Shown here piece after piece: positions 34,695-43,235 of a stretch of DNA of 64,000 nt. The notes beneath the pieces are model-generated. The model saw nothing but the letters and a program-made list of their open reading frames with translations. It was not told the DNA's origin and ran no database searches. The translations under genes were made by a program, and so were the position numbers. Position 1 is the stretch's first letter; each line of letters opens with the position of its first letter. This DNA comes from a virus. The DNA lies in the IMG/VR virus record IMGVR_UViG_3300019927_000058, positions 1-64,000 of that record. One strand, written 5' to 3'.

Positions 34695-35185
34695 TCTACA
34701 ATATCTTCATCAGCACTTTCTGTTTTCACTTCATCCAAAGCGTGCGAAACTGCTTCCTCAAAAACAAGTTCTTCACGGTCTTGATAACGGGGAAGTCTTT
34801 TATTATCCTTTACGTATTCAAGCAGTTCATCTCTATCATGCTCAATATCTTTTTCATCCAAATGCGAAGAGAGACGATGAGCGATTTTAACCATTTTTTT
34901 ATCGTCAATAGGACGGATTCGTGCGTCCTGCCAATCTACTGCGCCACACTGACAATATGGCTTGTGTGCATTTGGACGACCAGACTCTTTGAAATCATCG
35001 AAGTATTCAAACTCAACATCTTCTTGATACTCTGTAACGGAAGATGCTAAATCATTTACTGTAGCGAAGTGTTCGCGGATCTTCCGGTAACAAGAATTAC
35101 AAATATTGCTATCTCGTTCGATATGCGTAACAAAAGTTGAATCTTTATTTTCTTCGTCGTACAAGAAATCTGGTTTTTGGTACAT
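34691..35185 (-). CDS. Hypothetical zinc-binding protein
   Basis: 164 aa with CNSCYRKI and CQCG pairs. It is the first gene after a 194-nt untranslated region. Confidence 0.45.
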   Translation of the reverse strand: MYQKPDFLYDEENKDSTFVTHIERDSNICNSCYRKIREHFATVNDLASSVTEYQEDVEFEYFDDFKESGRPNAHKPYCQCGAVDWQDARIRPIDDKKMVKIAHRLSSHLDEKDIEHDRDELLEYVKDNKRLPRYQDREELVFEEAVSHALDEVKTESADEDIVE

Positions 35186-35379
35186 AAATTATAATTATAG
35201 ACTCTACCCCGTTTTCCGCCGTCATGCCACCAATCTCAAGCAGTGCAAAATGCAGTAGCCTTTACGGTGACGCGAACAACGTTTTGAGGTTTTGACCTGT
35301 CTTCTTGTTTACCCATTATACGCCGGGGTATATAAACCTTTTGCTTTAGTCTTTAATTGATAAGCTTTCACAATGTAAA

Positions 35380-36624
35380 TTAGTAATTACTACAACTTCC
35401 AAGTCGGATTTGTTCAAAAGATTCAATTGGATTATCTTCTGTTGCATACCAAAAAGCAGCAGTTTCTCCGCCATCAGAACCAGATTGTTCAGCGAAAGTA
35501 GAAGGCGGAGCAGTGCTTCCTGTCATAATAATTGGGACTTCATCTGCAATCGTCTCCCACTTGATAGAATGATAATGCGAACGAAGTCCCACATCAAAAC
35601 CATTCTCTCTCGTATACCAATCCAAAGCACGCCGAATTCCGCTAGAAGTTCCAATATGCTTGAGATAATTTTCACCATGCCGAGTGAAATATTCCCAACC
35701 ACGAATGTCAAAACTCAAATAACCACCAGAATGAGCTTTTTCAAATCTAATATTATCTGCATCGGAATAACTTAATGCTGTTTCAACGAAATCATATAGC
35801 ATCATATCAGCATTCGTTGTGCTTTCTCGATCAATATTACCGTGATTGCCGGGGACAGCATAAACTTCAACGGATTCAAACTCACAGGAAAGCATTAAAA
35901 TCTGTTCAATGTAAGTATTTCCTGCTTTCCGAAGTTGATCACGAAGATTATCTTCTTGTTCATGCCGCTGTCCCGGAAACACCCCTTCGCCGTCTAGGTG
36001 GTCGCCGTTAAGGATTAACACAACATCTTCAACATCTTCACGTTGATTAGCATCATTTACTGCTCGTTCAAAATATTCTGTTATAGCTTCTCTTGCCTCT
36101 TCAGCAGAATAATATTCAACAGTCGGACGTTCTTTAATCACAGCACCAACATGAGAGTCACTGTGTGGTAAAACTAAAGTAGATTTGCCTTCAGTACGTT
36201 CAGTGACATTCAAAACAGGTTGGCTATTTGAAAGTGCTTCTTTAACTTCCTTTTCGAGTTTAGTTAATGCATTATGAACATCTTTTGTATTCTGAGCCTT
36301 ATCGTAAATATCCTCTCGGAATGGTTCAAGCTCTTCCTCCGCTCTTCCATTAGAAGGTTGATCAGTTTTAGTATATGCATCCTGTGAGTTTTCTTTGTGT
36401 CCCGAGGGTAATTCCTCATCCTCTTCCAAAGAACCATCAGAAACACACCATACGCCATCAGAATCTCGCTCAAACTCAACAGGAGTGTCTTCTTCAATTG
36501 CATCCATCCTATATCGCACAGAACGTCGTGAAATATCAAGATGGTCAGCAATATTTTTTCGGGTTTCTGGAAGACAATCATAAACCGCCTGTTGTTTTGA
36601 CGTAATATTAGGAGAATCGGTCAT
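35380..36624 (-). CDS. HTH domain fused to a calcineurin-like metallophosphoesterase
   Basis: 414 aa. The N-terminal wHTH-like region is QQAVYDCLPETRKNIADHLDISRRSVRYRMDAIEE. The C-terminal phosphoesterase motifs are LVLPHSDSHVG (DxH), LILNGDHLDGEG (GDxxDG), VPGNHGN (GNH) and LRSHYH. Confidence 0.6.
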   Translation of the reverse strand: MTDSPNITSKQQAVYDCLPETRKNIADHLDISRRSVRYRMDAIEEDTPVEFERDSDGVWCVSDGSLEEDEELPSGHKENSQDAYTKTDQPSNGRAEEELEPFREDIYDKAQNTKDVHNALTKLEKEVKEALSNSQPVLNVTERTEGKSTLVLPHSDSHVGAVIKERPTVEYYSAEEAREAITEYFERAVNDANQREDVEDVVLILNGDHLDGEGVFPGQRHEQEDNLRDQLRKAGNTYIEQILMLSCEFESVEVYAVPGNHGNIDRESTTNADMMLYDFVETALSYSDADNIRFEKAHSGGYLSFDIRGWEYFTRHGENYLKHIGTSSGIRRALDWYTRENGFDVGLRSHYHSIKWETIADEVPIIMTGSTAPPSTFAEQSGSDGGETAAFWYATEDNPIESFEQIRLGSCSNY

Positions 36625-36800
36625 ATGTTACCTCAGTTGCCTTAGCATTAGGCAATATCACTTAAGTATCTTTCGTTTCCCGTTAATAAGCAAATAAAAC
36701 TTTCCTACATAGTTTTTGTTACTAAATATGATTTATATTTCCTTTCTAATTAGTAAAGTTTATATCCGTAGCTGTCGTAGGCGGTGCTGTGCGGTATTAG

Positions 36801-36901
36801 TTGTAGTTGAGTATATTATAGTATACTAGTATAGTTGAGTATATTCAACCATACTCCTGTACTTGATTATACTCTCTTATTAGTATAGTTGATTATAAGA
36901 G
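36801..36901. repeat. Direct and inverted repeats in the divergent intergenic control region
   Basis: TAGTTGAGTATATT occurs at 36804-36817 and 36832-36845. TAGTATAGTTGA occurs at 36827-36838 and 36881-36892. The palindrome AGTATACT lies near 36820. The inverted repeat CTCTTAT (36874-36880) / ATAAGAG (36895-36901) flanks the last direct repeat. ATACT recurs five times between ~36820 and 36935. Confidence 0.7.
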
Positions 36902-36904
36902 ATT

Positions 36905-36919
36905 CATAACTCTTTTATA
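36905..36919 (+). promoter_or_regulatory. Promoter motif variant CATAACTCTTTTATA upstream of radA
   Basis: It shares the TAACTCTTTTAT core with the motifs at 37901 and 43631. The ATG lies 38 nt downstream and has a GAGGAA SD-like element. Confidence 0.35.
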
Positions 36920-36956
36920 CTGGAATAACTATACTATTTAATAGATTAGAGGAAAT

Positions 36957-37895
36957 ATGGAACTAAACGATATTTCTGGTATTGGACCTAGTGTTGAAGA
37001 GTCTTTAAACGATAATGGTTTTGAAAGTATAGATGATGTTATTGATTCATCTATAGAGGAACTTAGTGAAGTTAAAGGTATTAGTTCTTCTAGAGCAGAG
37101 AAGATTAAACGAAGAGCAGAACAAAGTACAGTTATATTCCAAACTAGTGAAGACGTAGAAGAAGAATATAATTCATACAATAAAGTAAGTACAGGAATTG
37201 ATTCACTAGATAATGTTATTGAAGGAGGATGGGAACAGGAATCAGTAGTATCTATTTATGGAGATAGTTCTACTGGTAAAACTCAAATGTGTATGCAAGC
37301 ATTAGCTGAAGCAGTAAGACAAACAGATAATAAAGCAGTATACATTGAGACTGAGAAGAATAGATATAGACCAGATAGGATTAAGAATATCTGTAATGGT
37401 TTCGATGATACTAGTTACGAGGAAATCAATAATAAGATTATCAGAGTTAAAGCACATGATCTAGAACTACAGCTTAGTTCGTATACAAAAGTAGTAGAAG
37501 AGCTAGAAGATGTTTCTCTTGTTGTTGTAGACTCTCTAGTTAAGAACTTCAGACTATCAGAACAGTTTGAAGATAGGAGTGATTATGGTAAGAGAGGAAG
37601 GATTATGAGTAAACATCTAAAAGCTATGGAGAATATGGCTGAACAACTAGAATGTCCTGTTTTATTTACGAATCAGGTATACGAAAACCCTGATAGTGGT
37701 GGTCCATATAGCAAGATTGAGAAGATTCAATATGGTGGAAAGAAGATCCAGTATGTTTCTCAGTACTCTATATTCATGGAAGAAGGAGCAGGTGATACGT
37801 TTGTTTGTAATGTAGAATCACATCCGTCTACTGGAGATAATCAGATTAATATTATTATTGATGAAGATGGAATCGAAGAAGTGAACGCAAGTTAA
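36957..37895 (+). CDS. radA: RadA/RecA-family recombinase
   Basis: 312 aa. The N-terminal helix-hairpin-helix is DISGIGPSVEESLNDNGFESIDDV..LSEVKGISSSRAEKI. Walker A is SIYGDSSTGKTQMCMQ and Walker B is LVVVDSL. Confidence 0.8.
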   Translation: MELNDISGIGPSVEESLNDNGFESIDDVIDSSIEELSEVKGISSSRAEKIKRRAEQSTVIFQTSEDVEEEYNSYNKVSTGIDSLDNVIEGGWEQESVVSIYGDSSTGKTQMCMQALAEAVRQTDNKAVYIETEKNRYRPDRIKNICNGFDDTSYEEINNKIIRVKAHDLELQLSSYTKVVEELEDVSLVVVDSLVKNFRLSEQFEDRSDYGKRGRIMSKHLKAMENMAEQLECPVLFTNQVYENPDSGGPYSKIEKIQYGGKKIQYVSQYSIFMEEGAGDTFVCNVESHPSTGDNQINIIIDEDGIEEVNAS

Positions 37896-37900
37896 TCAAG

Positions 37901-37917
37901 AACGTAACCCTTTTATT
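37901..37917 (+). promoter_or_regulatory. Conserved promoter motif AACGTAACCCTTTTATT
   Basis: It differs by 1 nt from 43631-43647. The TATA-like TTTTATT ends 29 nt before the ATG at 37946, a spacing that fits a leaderless transcript. Confidence 0.5.
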
Positions 37918-37945
37918 CTACCCCGACGAACGGTAGGATGTAATC

Positions 37946-38956
37946 ATGGTCGAAGTGACTGAAGATACGGTAGAGCAGCTACAGAATATCGCTGAAGACA
38001 AAGAACTGCCTTTCGATGAAGTGAAAGAGAGCTTCAAGGAGAAGTTTGAGGAGGTTAACGAGCGGTCGAGTGGCGTTGATGATGAAATGGTTGAGAAGCT
38101 GGCTCTTCGTCAGTTCCGAACAGAGAGTCTTGCAGACAATCGCGTTCCAACAGATCAGGTTGAAATGCTGACCATTGGTGGAGATGTGCGTGAAACTTCC
38201 AATGGCGACATGTTCTTCGGATCGGCAATTGTCGATGAGAATCCTGAAGATGATAGCAGTCCTGCTTCGCTTGGATCTGTGCGTGTTTTTGATGAAGAAC
38301 TTGCACATAAAATCTATGAAGCATTCGATCACGTTGGCAATGTCGTTTCCGGAGACTTTGCAATTTCGGATGGAGAACTTCGCGGTCACGTTGAAGTAAG
38401 CGATGGAGATGATACTGAGTTTGAAGTTCACCGACCTGATGATCGAACTGAACTAATTAACGAGATTCGTGATCTTGTTCCTGAAGTTACCATTGAAAAT
38501 ATCGCGGATAATATCACTTCGCAAACACGCGGAGATGACGGTAACATGTATCAGGTTTCTTCAGATATTTATCGAATTCAGGCTGACATTTTCGATGGGT
38601 ATAAGAATCCTGACACTGGAACCGGAATCTACACACTCCGCGATGATAGTGTCTTCGATGAAGAAGATGTTGTTGAGTCGCCTGTGTTTGACGAGGAAAA
38701 TGCAAACGAGAATGCAACTCCGGGACTCACTTGCTTCTTTGATCCAGAAAAGATGGAATGGGGTTCGGGGTCTGTTGTTGAATTCTTCGGAACGGTTCAG
38801 AAGAATGATGATGGTATTATCAACTTCAGTGCTGATGGTGCTGTCCCAATTCTTCCGAATGAAGATGGATTCGATGGATATACTGATAGCGAGGAAGAAG
38901 AAGGCCCTGATCGAACACAGTCCAGTTCGAGCAATGTAGACCGCACTCAAATTTAA
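37946..38956 (+). CDS. Hypothetical acidic protein (possible ssDNA-binding protein, by position only)
   Basis: 336-aa ORF between radA and an annealing-type ATPase. No motif was verified. Confidence 0.4.
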   Translation: MVEVTEDTVEQLQNIAEDKELPFDEVKESFKEKFEEVNERSSGVDDEMVEKLALRQFRTESLADNRVPTDQVEMLTIGGDVRETSNGDMFFGSAIVDENPEDDSSPASLGSVRVFDEELAHKIYEAFDHVGNVVSGDFAISDGELRGHVEVSDGDDTEFEVHRPDDRTELINEIRDLVPEVTIENIADNITSQTRGDDGNMYQVSSDIYRIQADIFDGYKNPDTGTGIYTLRDDSVFDEEDVVESPVFDEENANENATPGLTCFFDPEKMEWGSGSVVEFFGTVQKNDDGIINFSADGAVPILPNEDGFDGYTDSEEEEGPDRTQSSSSNVDRTQI

Positions 38957-38964
38957 GGAAAATT

Positions 38965-39279
38965 ATGAATTTTGAAAGTGTCGAAACTGAAAAACTAACT
39001 CATTTTCAGCCCGAAGAAGCGCATTATTATGGTTCGTCTCCAGTAGAGACGGTCAGAGAAGATTTAGAAAAGTTGAATGAACAGCAAAGATTCATGGCAG
39101 AAAGTGTTTCGATAGGATTTGCTCAAGGTGAAGAAATCGATATTGATGCTGAAGTACCATGTATCAACATGGAAGAAGTAACGATTGATGCTGATGATTT
39201 AGTTCAGGAATTAGAAGAAACAGACGAGGAAGATGAAGTTAATTTCGTGGAAGAGAACAGCTTAATGGTGGGATATTGA
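38965..39279 (+). CDS. Hypothetical acidic protein
   Basis: 104-aa ORF. Confidence 0.5.
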   Translation: MNFESVETEKLTHFQPEEAHYYGSSPVETVREDLEKLNEQQRFMAESVSIGFAQGEEIDIDAEVPCINMEEVTIDADDLVQELEETDEEDEVNFVEENSLMVGY

Positions 39280-39280
39280 T

Positions 39281-39589
39281 ATGAATCTATTTACAAAGAC
39301 AAAGTATGTTTATTTCGGTGCTATTGTACTTGCACTCTTGAGCGCACTAGTTTCATCGATGGTTGTTTGGAATATTGCACCTCAGATTGGTGGAGCATTG
39401 TGGCCTTATATCCGGTTTTCCCTTTCATTGCTTACTGCAATTATAGTTGGTAAAGTAGTGGCTGTTGTTTCGCTTTACGCGGCTTCATTTTACTTCATCG
39501 ATCAATTATTCACGTTTGGGAATGCAGATGATCCGTGGGGTGATGCAGAGGTGGAAAGTATCATGGACAAATTTGAAGAAGACGAGTAG
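39281..39589 (+). CDS. Small membrane protein (2-3 TM)
   Basis: 102 aa with hydrophobic segments YFGAIVLALLSALVSSMVVW, LSLLTAIIVGKVVAVVSLYAASFYFI. Confidence 0.5.
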   Translation: MNLFTKTKYVYFGAIVLALLSALVSSMVVWNIAPQIGGALWPYIRFSLSLLTAIIVGKVVAVVSLYAASFYFIDQLFTFGNADDPWGDAEVESIMDKFEEDE

Positions 39590-39630
39590 AACAGAACACT
39601 TATTAACGCGAACGAACTACTCATTTTTGC

Positions 39631-40572
39631 ATGGGATGGACTGATGATGATGATATTGAACAAGAAGAACAGCAGTCAGAAGAAGTTGAAGAAACAAGTC
39701 AAGAAAACGAAACTATGACAGAAGAGAATGATGAAGTAGACCTTTCTAATCTCGCACCGGGCGCTGTTGACGTTCAGGAAGCAGCAGAACAAGAACATCA
39801 GTGGAAAGTCATGTGGTGGGGCGATGAAGGCGTTGGAAAAAGTCACGCTTGCTACACTTTCCCTGAACCAATCTGCTATATCGATACTGAGCATAAAGCA
39901 GATGATATTGCCCATAAATTCTCTGATAAAACGGTTCAGATTTGGCAGCCAAATGACTTCGATGAAGCAGTAGATGCTCGGGATGAAGCTCTCGCTTATC
40001 TTTCAGAGTATGAATCGCAAACGGGCGACCGTGGGACTATTGTAGTCGATTCTATGTCAGATATGTGGCAGTGGGCGCAGCATAAATATATTGACAAGTA
40101 TAAGAAAAACGTTGATCCTGAAGATGTTCAGCTTTCACTCGATGATTGGGGTCCAATTAAGAAAATCCACAATGACGGATTCCGACAGCCGTTTGAGCGG
40201 AGTGATTATCACGTTGCATGGACTGCTACTCGGAAAGATGACCTTGGCCGGAAGCTAGAAGAGAGCATGGATGCTACACCGGACAAACCGGGTGGCGAAG
40301 GTGATAATGTTTACAAGGTCAACTCTATTGTTCGTCTCCGGACTGATGATAGAGGAATTCCGTTTGGCGACTTGCAGAAAAGTGGCATTCTCCGATTTAA
40401 GTATCTTGGTCTAACTCGTCCGACTTTCCAGAAGCATAAAGAAGTTGTCAATCATATTAGCGAGATTGAACAGAATGGTGCGGAAACTGTGGAAGAAGTT
40501 GAAGAAGCTTATAGTCTCGATTACGATCTTGATGGATTTACTGAAGCTAACACCATGGGGTTCGTACAATGA
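39631..40572 (+). CDS. P-loop ATPase, AAA_24/Sak4-like recombination-associated NTPase
   Basis: 313 aa. After an acidic N-terminus come Walker A (VMWWGDEGVGKSHACYTF) and Walker B (TIVVDSMSDMW). Confidence 0.5.
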   Translation: MGWTDDDDIEQEEQQSEEVEETSQENETMTEENDEVDLSNLAPGAVDVQEAAEQEHQWKVMWWGDEGVGKSHACYTFPEPICYIDTEHKADDIAHKFSDKTVQIWQPNDFDEAVDARDEALAYLSEYESQTGDRGTIVVDSMSDMWQWAQHKYIDKYKKNVDPEDVQLSLDDWGPIKKIHNDGFRQPFERSDYHVAWTATRKDDLGRKLEESMDATPDKPGGEGDNVYKVNSIVRLRTDDRGIPFGDLQKSGILRFKYLGLTRPTFQKHKEVVNHISEIEQNGAETVEEVEEAYSLDYDLDGFTEANTMGFVQ

Positions 40573-40724
40573 CAACGGAAATCACGGAAGCCTTCCAAGA
40601 TAAAATTCTTGATGCTCTTAATGAGTCTTTGGGAAAATTATCTGAACAATTAGATGAAATGGAAGAAACTTCAGACGTAGAGTTTATACAACAAGATACC
40701 CTAAACGTGAATGACTATGAGTGA
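40569..40724 (+). CDS. Small hypothetical protein (51 aa)
   Basis: The ORF is below the track cutoff. It has an ATGA overlap with the upstream gene and an ATGAGTGA junction with the downstream gene. Confidence 0.35.
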   Translation: MTTEITEAFQDKILDALNESLGKLSEQLDEMEETSDVEFIQQDTLNVNDYE

Positions 40725-40878
40725 AACTGATTCACGTCATCCAAAATGTTTCATGCCGGAGTGTATTGGAACAATGGAAGATGAACTACGTACAGTACGC
40801 GACGATGGAAAAACAATTTACATGTGCGAATCTTGCCTAGATGATGGATGGCGGATGCATGTGGAGGTCTTAGATTAA
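40717..40878 (+). CDS. Small zinc-ribbon protein (53 aa)
   Basis: The ORF is below the track cutoff. It carries CFMPEC...CESC and has a TAATG overlap with the downstream gene. Confidence 0.4.
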   Translation: MSETDSRHPKCFMPECIGTMEDELRTVRDDGKTIYMCESCLDDGWRMHVEVLD

Positions 40879-41714
40879 TGAGTGAAACTGAACTACTTGG
40901 ACGATTTGAAACAACGATGGATAATATGCAGAAGCTTCTTCGATGGGCTTCTGCTCCTTTTGATGAACGGTATGATCAAGCATATCTGAATCTCGCTGAA
41001 AACGAAATCCGAACAGTTGCAAATGCAGGTCAAGCAGTTGTTGCATATTGTGATTTCACTAAACCATTCATTCAAGAAATTGAACTTCATGATGAAGTTG
41101 ATGGCGAAGCAGGAATGCAGTCTCTTCTGAAAGTTCCACAAACTCAGAGTTATCTACAGTTTGTTGGTGGCGAGAAGCTGGAAGTTGAGTTTCATGGCAT
41201 TCCGGGAGAAGATAATAAAGCAGACAAGATGGTCCTCGATGGAGATTTGAGAGCCGAAATCTATCTTCCTTCCTCTGATTCTGACTACGAATCAAAGCAG
41301 CTACAGGTCGTTCAGGTTTACGATGAAGATAATCAGTGGATTAAAAACGATGGAGAGCCACTGGAGACTTCTTTCACAACCCGAGTTAACGAGTTTGAGC
41401 GAATTATTGATGTAGTTTCATTCGATTCGTTCGCACTTGCAAATTATCCTGTTGTTGTTCGGGAAGGAGAATTCCTTCTCGATGCAGCAGATGAAAATGA
41501 ACGTGATAGTGTTCGTGGAGAACTATATGCAGATGATGTTGAAGGTCCGGATGTAGATAATTCGTATTCGCGTGGCTTTGAAGAATTGTTCGGAAATATT
41601 GCAGGTGAAATTGAAATCGGAGTTGAAGATGATGGACCTATTTCGATTGTCCGAGAGAGTAACGATGATGCTGTAACGCTTCGCTATTCGGTTCTGCCAG
41701 CAGTTGATTCATAA
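40878..41714 (+). CDS. PCNA-like sliding clamp
   Basis: I chose the ATG at 40878. The 278-aa, two-lobed, beta-rich pattern is colinear with haloarchaeal PCNA as I recall it (..IRTVANAGQAVV.., C-terminal ..VTLRYSVLPAV versus VTYMLAPRI). RFC genes are nearby. Confidence 0.5.
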   Translation: MSETELLGRFETTMDNMQKLLRWASAPFDERYDQAYLNLAENEIRTVANAGQAVVAYCDFTKPFIQEIELHDEVDGEAGMQSLLKVPQTQSYLQFVGGEKLEVEFHGIPGEDNKADKMVLDGDLRAEIYLPSSDSDYESKQLQVVQVYDEDNQWIKNDGEPLETSFTTRVNEFERIIDVVSFDSFALANYPVVVREGEFLLDAADENERDSVRGELYADDVEGPDVDNSYSRGFEELFGNIAGEIEIGVEDDGPISIVRESNDDAVTLRYSVLPAVDS

Positions 41715-42869
41715 ATGGACACAGCTTCCGAGTTGCTTTACAACGGCTTCCCGCGATCTGTTGCAGCGGCAGAGGGCGGTGAGTTAATTCAGCATTATGT
41801 TCATAGTTGGAGTGAATGGGAGGTTTTTGTAGAGCATAATAAACCTGATAAGAATCTCTATTGCAACATCGCTCGGATGAGGCAAGACATGCGCCCTGTT
41901 GTTTCTACTTTCCCATTTGACTTCGATTCCCCTTTGAAAGACAGTGCGTTTGAAGAAGGGACAACAGATGGAGATAAGATCAGGCGTATGCGTGAAGATG
42001 CTGATTTAGCTTACGAAATACTTGGCGATGTTTGGGAAGATACTCAGTCGCTTGTTCGTGGTTGCCAAGAAGAAAATGTTCCTGTTATAACAGTATTCTC
42101 TGGTCTTGGCGTTCACGCACACCTTCTTTATCAAGAACAAGTTAATCCAACTGAACAGAAAGTTACTACTTCTAAACATTTTGTAGAGAAGTGTGACTTG
42201 ACTACTTGGGATAGGAAAATACTTCCAGATACGAAACGTATCCTCCGTATTCCCAACAGTCAGAGAATCGATCAGAAAGGTCCAGCAGGCGCGTGGTGCA
42301 TTCCTATGACAGAAGCGGAAGTGTTGAACAATTCTCTGATTGATATGCTTGAACGTTGTTCTGAGCCTAAAACTATTCCATTCCATAATAGATATAAGCC
42401 GGAAAATAGACCAAGAATGCAGGTTTATGATGATGTTGAAATGGAAGAAGACTCGGTTGGGACAGTCGATCTTGAGCAGAGAGATATTAGCTCAGAAGTT
42501 TCGGATAATGTTGAATATATTGTGAGAACATATATTCCATTGCCCTGCGTTTCTGAAAGATTCCTACGTAGTAATCCAGATCATCAGATTCGATTTAGTG
42601 GAGTAGTAATGCTATACCAGAGTGGTTTTACACCTTCAGAAGTGCGTGATATTGTTCGGGAAATAGGTTGGATTGATTATGATCCAAAGATCACGAAGAA
42701 AATGACAGAACAAATATGGAGTCGTCGCTATTCTGAGTTGAGTTGCAGTAAGCTTCAGTCTCTTGGCCTTTGTGTGATGGGTCCAGATTTTGAAGAGTTT
42801 GGAGATGAACCAAGCGATTGCGAAACGTACCGATATACATCAGGAGAGGCACTATACCCTTATGAGTAA
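41715..42869 (+). CDS. Archaeo-eukaryotic primase (AEP, PriS-like)
   Basis: 384 aa. Motif I is FPFDFDSP (DxD), motif II is VFSGLGVHAHLLY (sGxGxH), and a later motif is ILRIPNSQR. Confidence 0.7.
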   Translation: MDTASELLYNGFPRSVAAAEGGELIQHYVHSWSEWEVFVEHNKPDKNLYCNIARMRQDMRPVVSTFPFDFDSPLKDSAFEEGTTDGDKIRRMREDADLAYEILGDVWEDTQSLVRGCQEENVPVITVFSGLGVHAHLLYQEQVNPTEQKVTTSKHFVEKCDLTTWDRKILPDTKRILRIPNSQRIDQKGPAGAWCIPMTEAEVLNNSLIDMLERCSEPKTIPFHNRYKPENRPRMQVYDDVEMEEDSVGTVDLEQRDISSEVSDNVEYIVRTYIPLPCVSERFLRSNPDHQIRFSGVVMLYQSGFTPSEVRDIVREIGWIDYDPKITKKMTEQIWSRRYSELSCSKLQSLGLCVMGPDFEEFGDEPSDCETYRYTSGEALYPYE

Positions 42870-43218
42870 TAGAAAATTCAGAGCAGTAATCCTCAAAGAA
42901 GAAGCACCGTACCACTTAGACCAAACGTTAGCAGATGATTTCTCTACGATGGATATTACACTTGATCTGTCGTTAAGAGAAGAAGATTTACCTGAAACTA
43001 TTGGAATTGTGAGAGACAGTTGGTATAATAATCACATCGTTGTTGAAGCAGAAATATTTGAAGAGAGTATTGCAGAGAGGTTGTCCGAAGGAGAACTTTC
43101 TATTTGTCCGACAATTATTAAGGAAATCGGTGAAGAAAATGATATGATAGAAGGTTTTGATTTATTCATTGCACCGGAAGCGCATGATAAAGTTGTTGGC
43201 GGAATAGAAGAAATCTAA
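42862..43218 (+). CDS. Hypothetical protein
   Basis: I chose the ATG at 42862 (MSNRKFRAV...), which forms an ATGAGTAA junction with the primase stop. 118 aa. Confidence 0.45.
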   Translation: MSNRKFRAVILKEEAPYHLDQTLADDFSTMDITLDLSLREEDLPETIGIVRDSWYNNHIVVEAEIFEESIAERLSEGELSICPTIIKEIGEENDMIEGFDLFIAPEAHDKVVGGIEEI

Positions 43219-43235
43219 ACGAAACTCTTTTTATT
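43218..43235 (+). promoter_or_regulatory. Conserved promoter motif variant AACGAAACTCTTTTTATT upstream of the leader and tRNA cluster
   Basis: It belongs to the same family as 37901 and 43631. The predicted transcription start is near 43258-43262. Confidence 0.45.
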
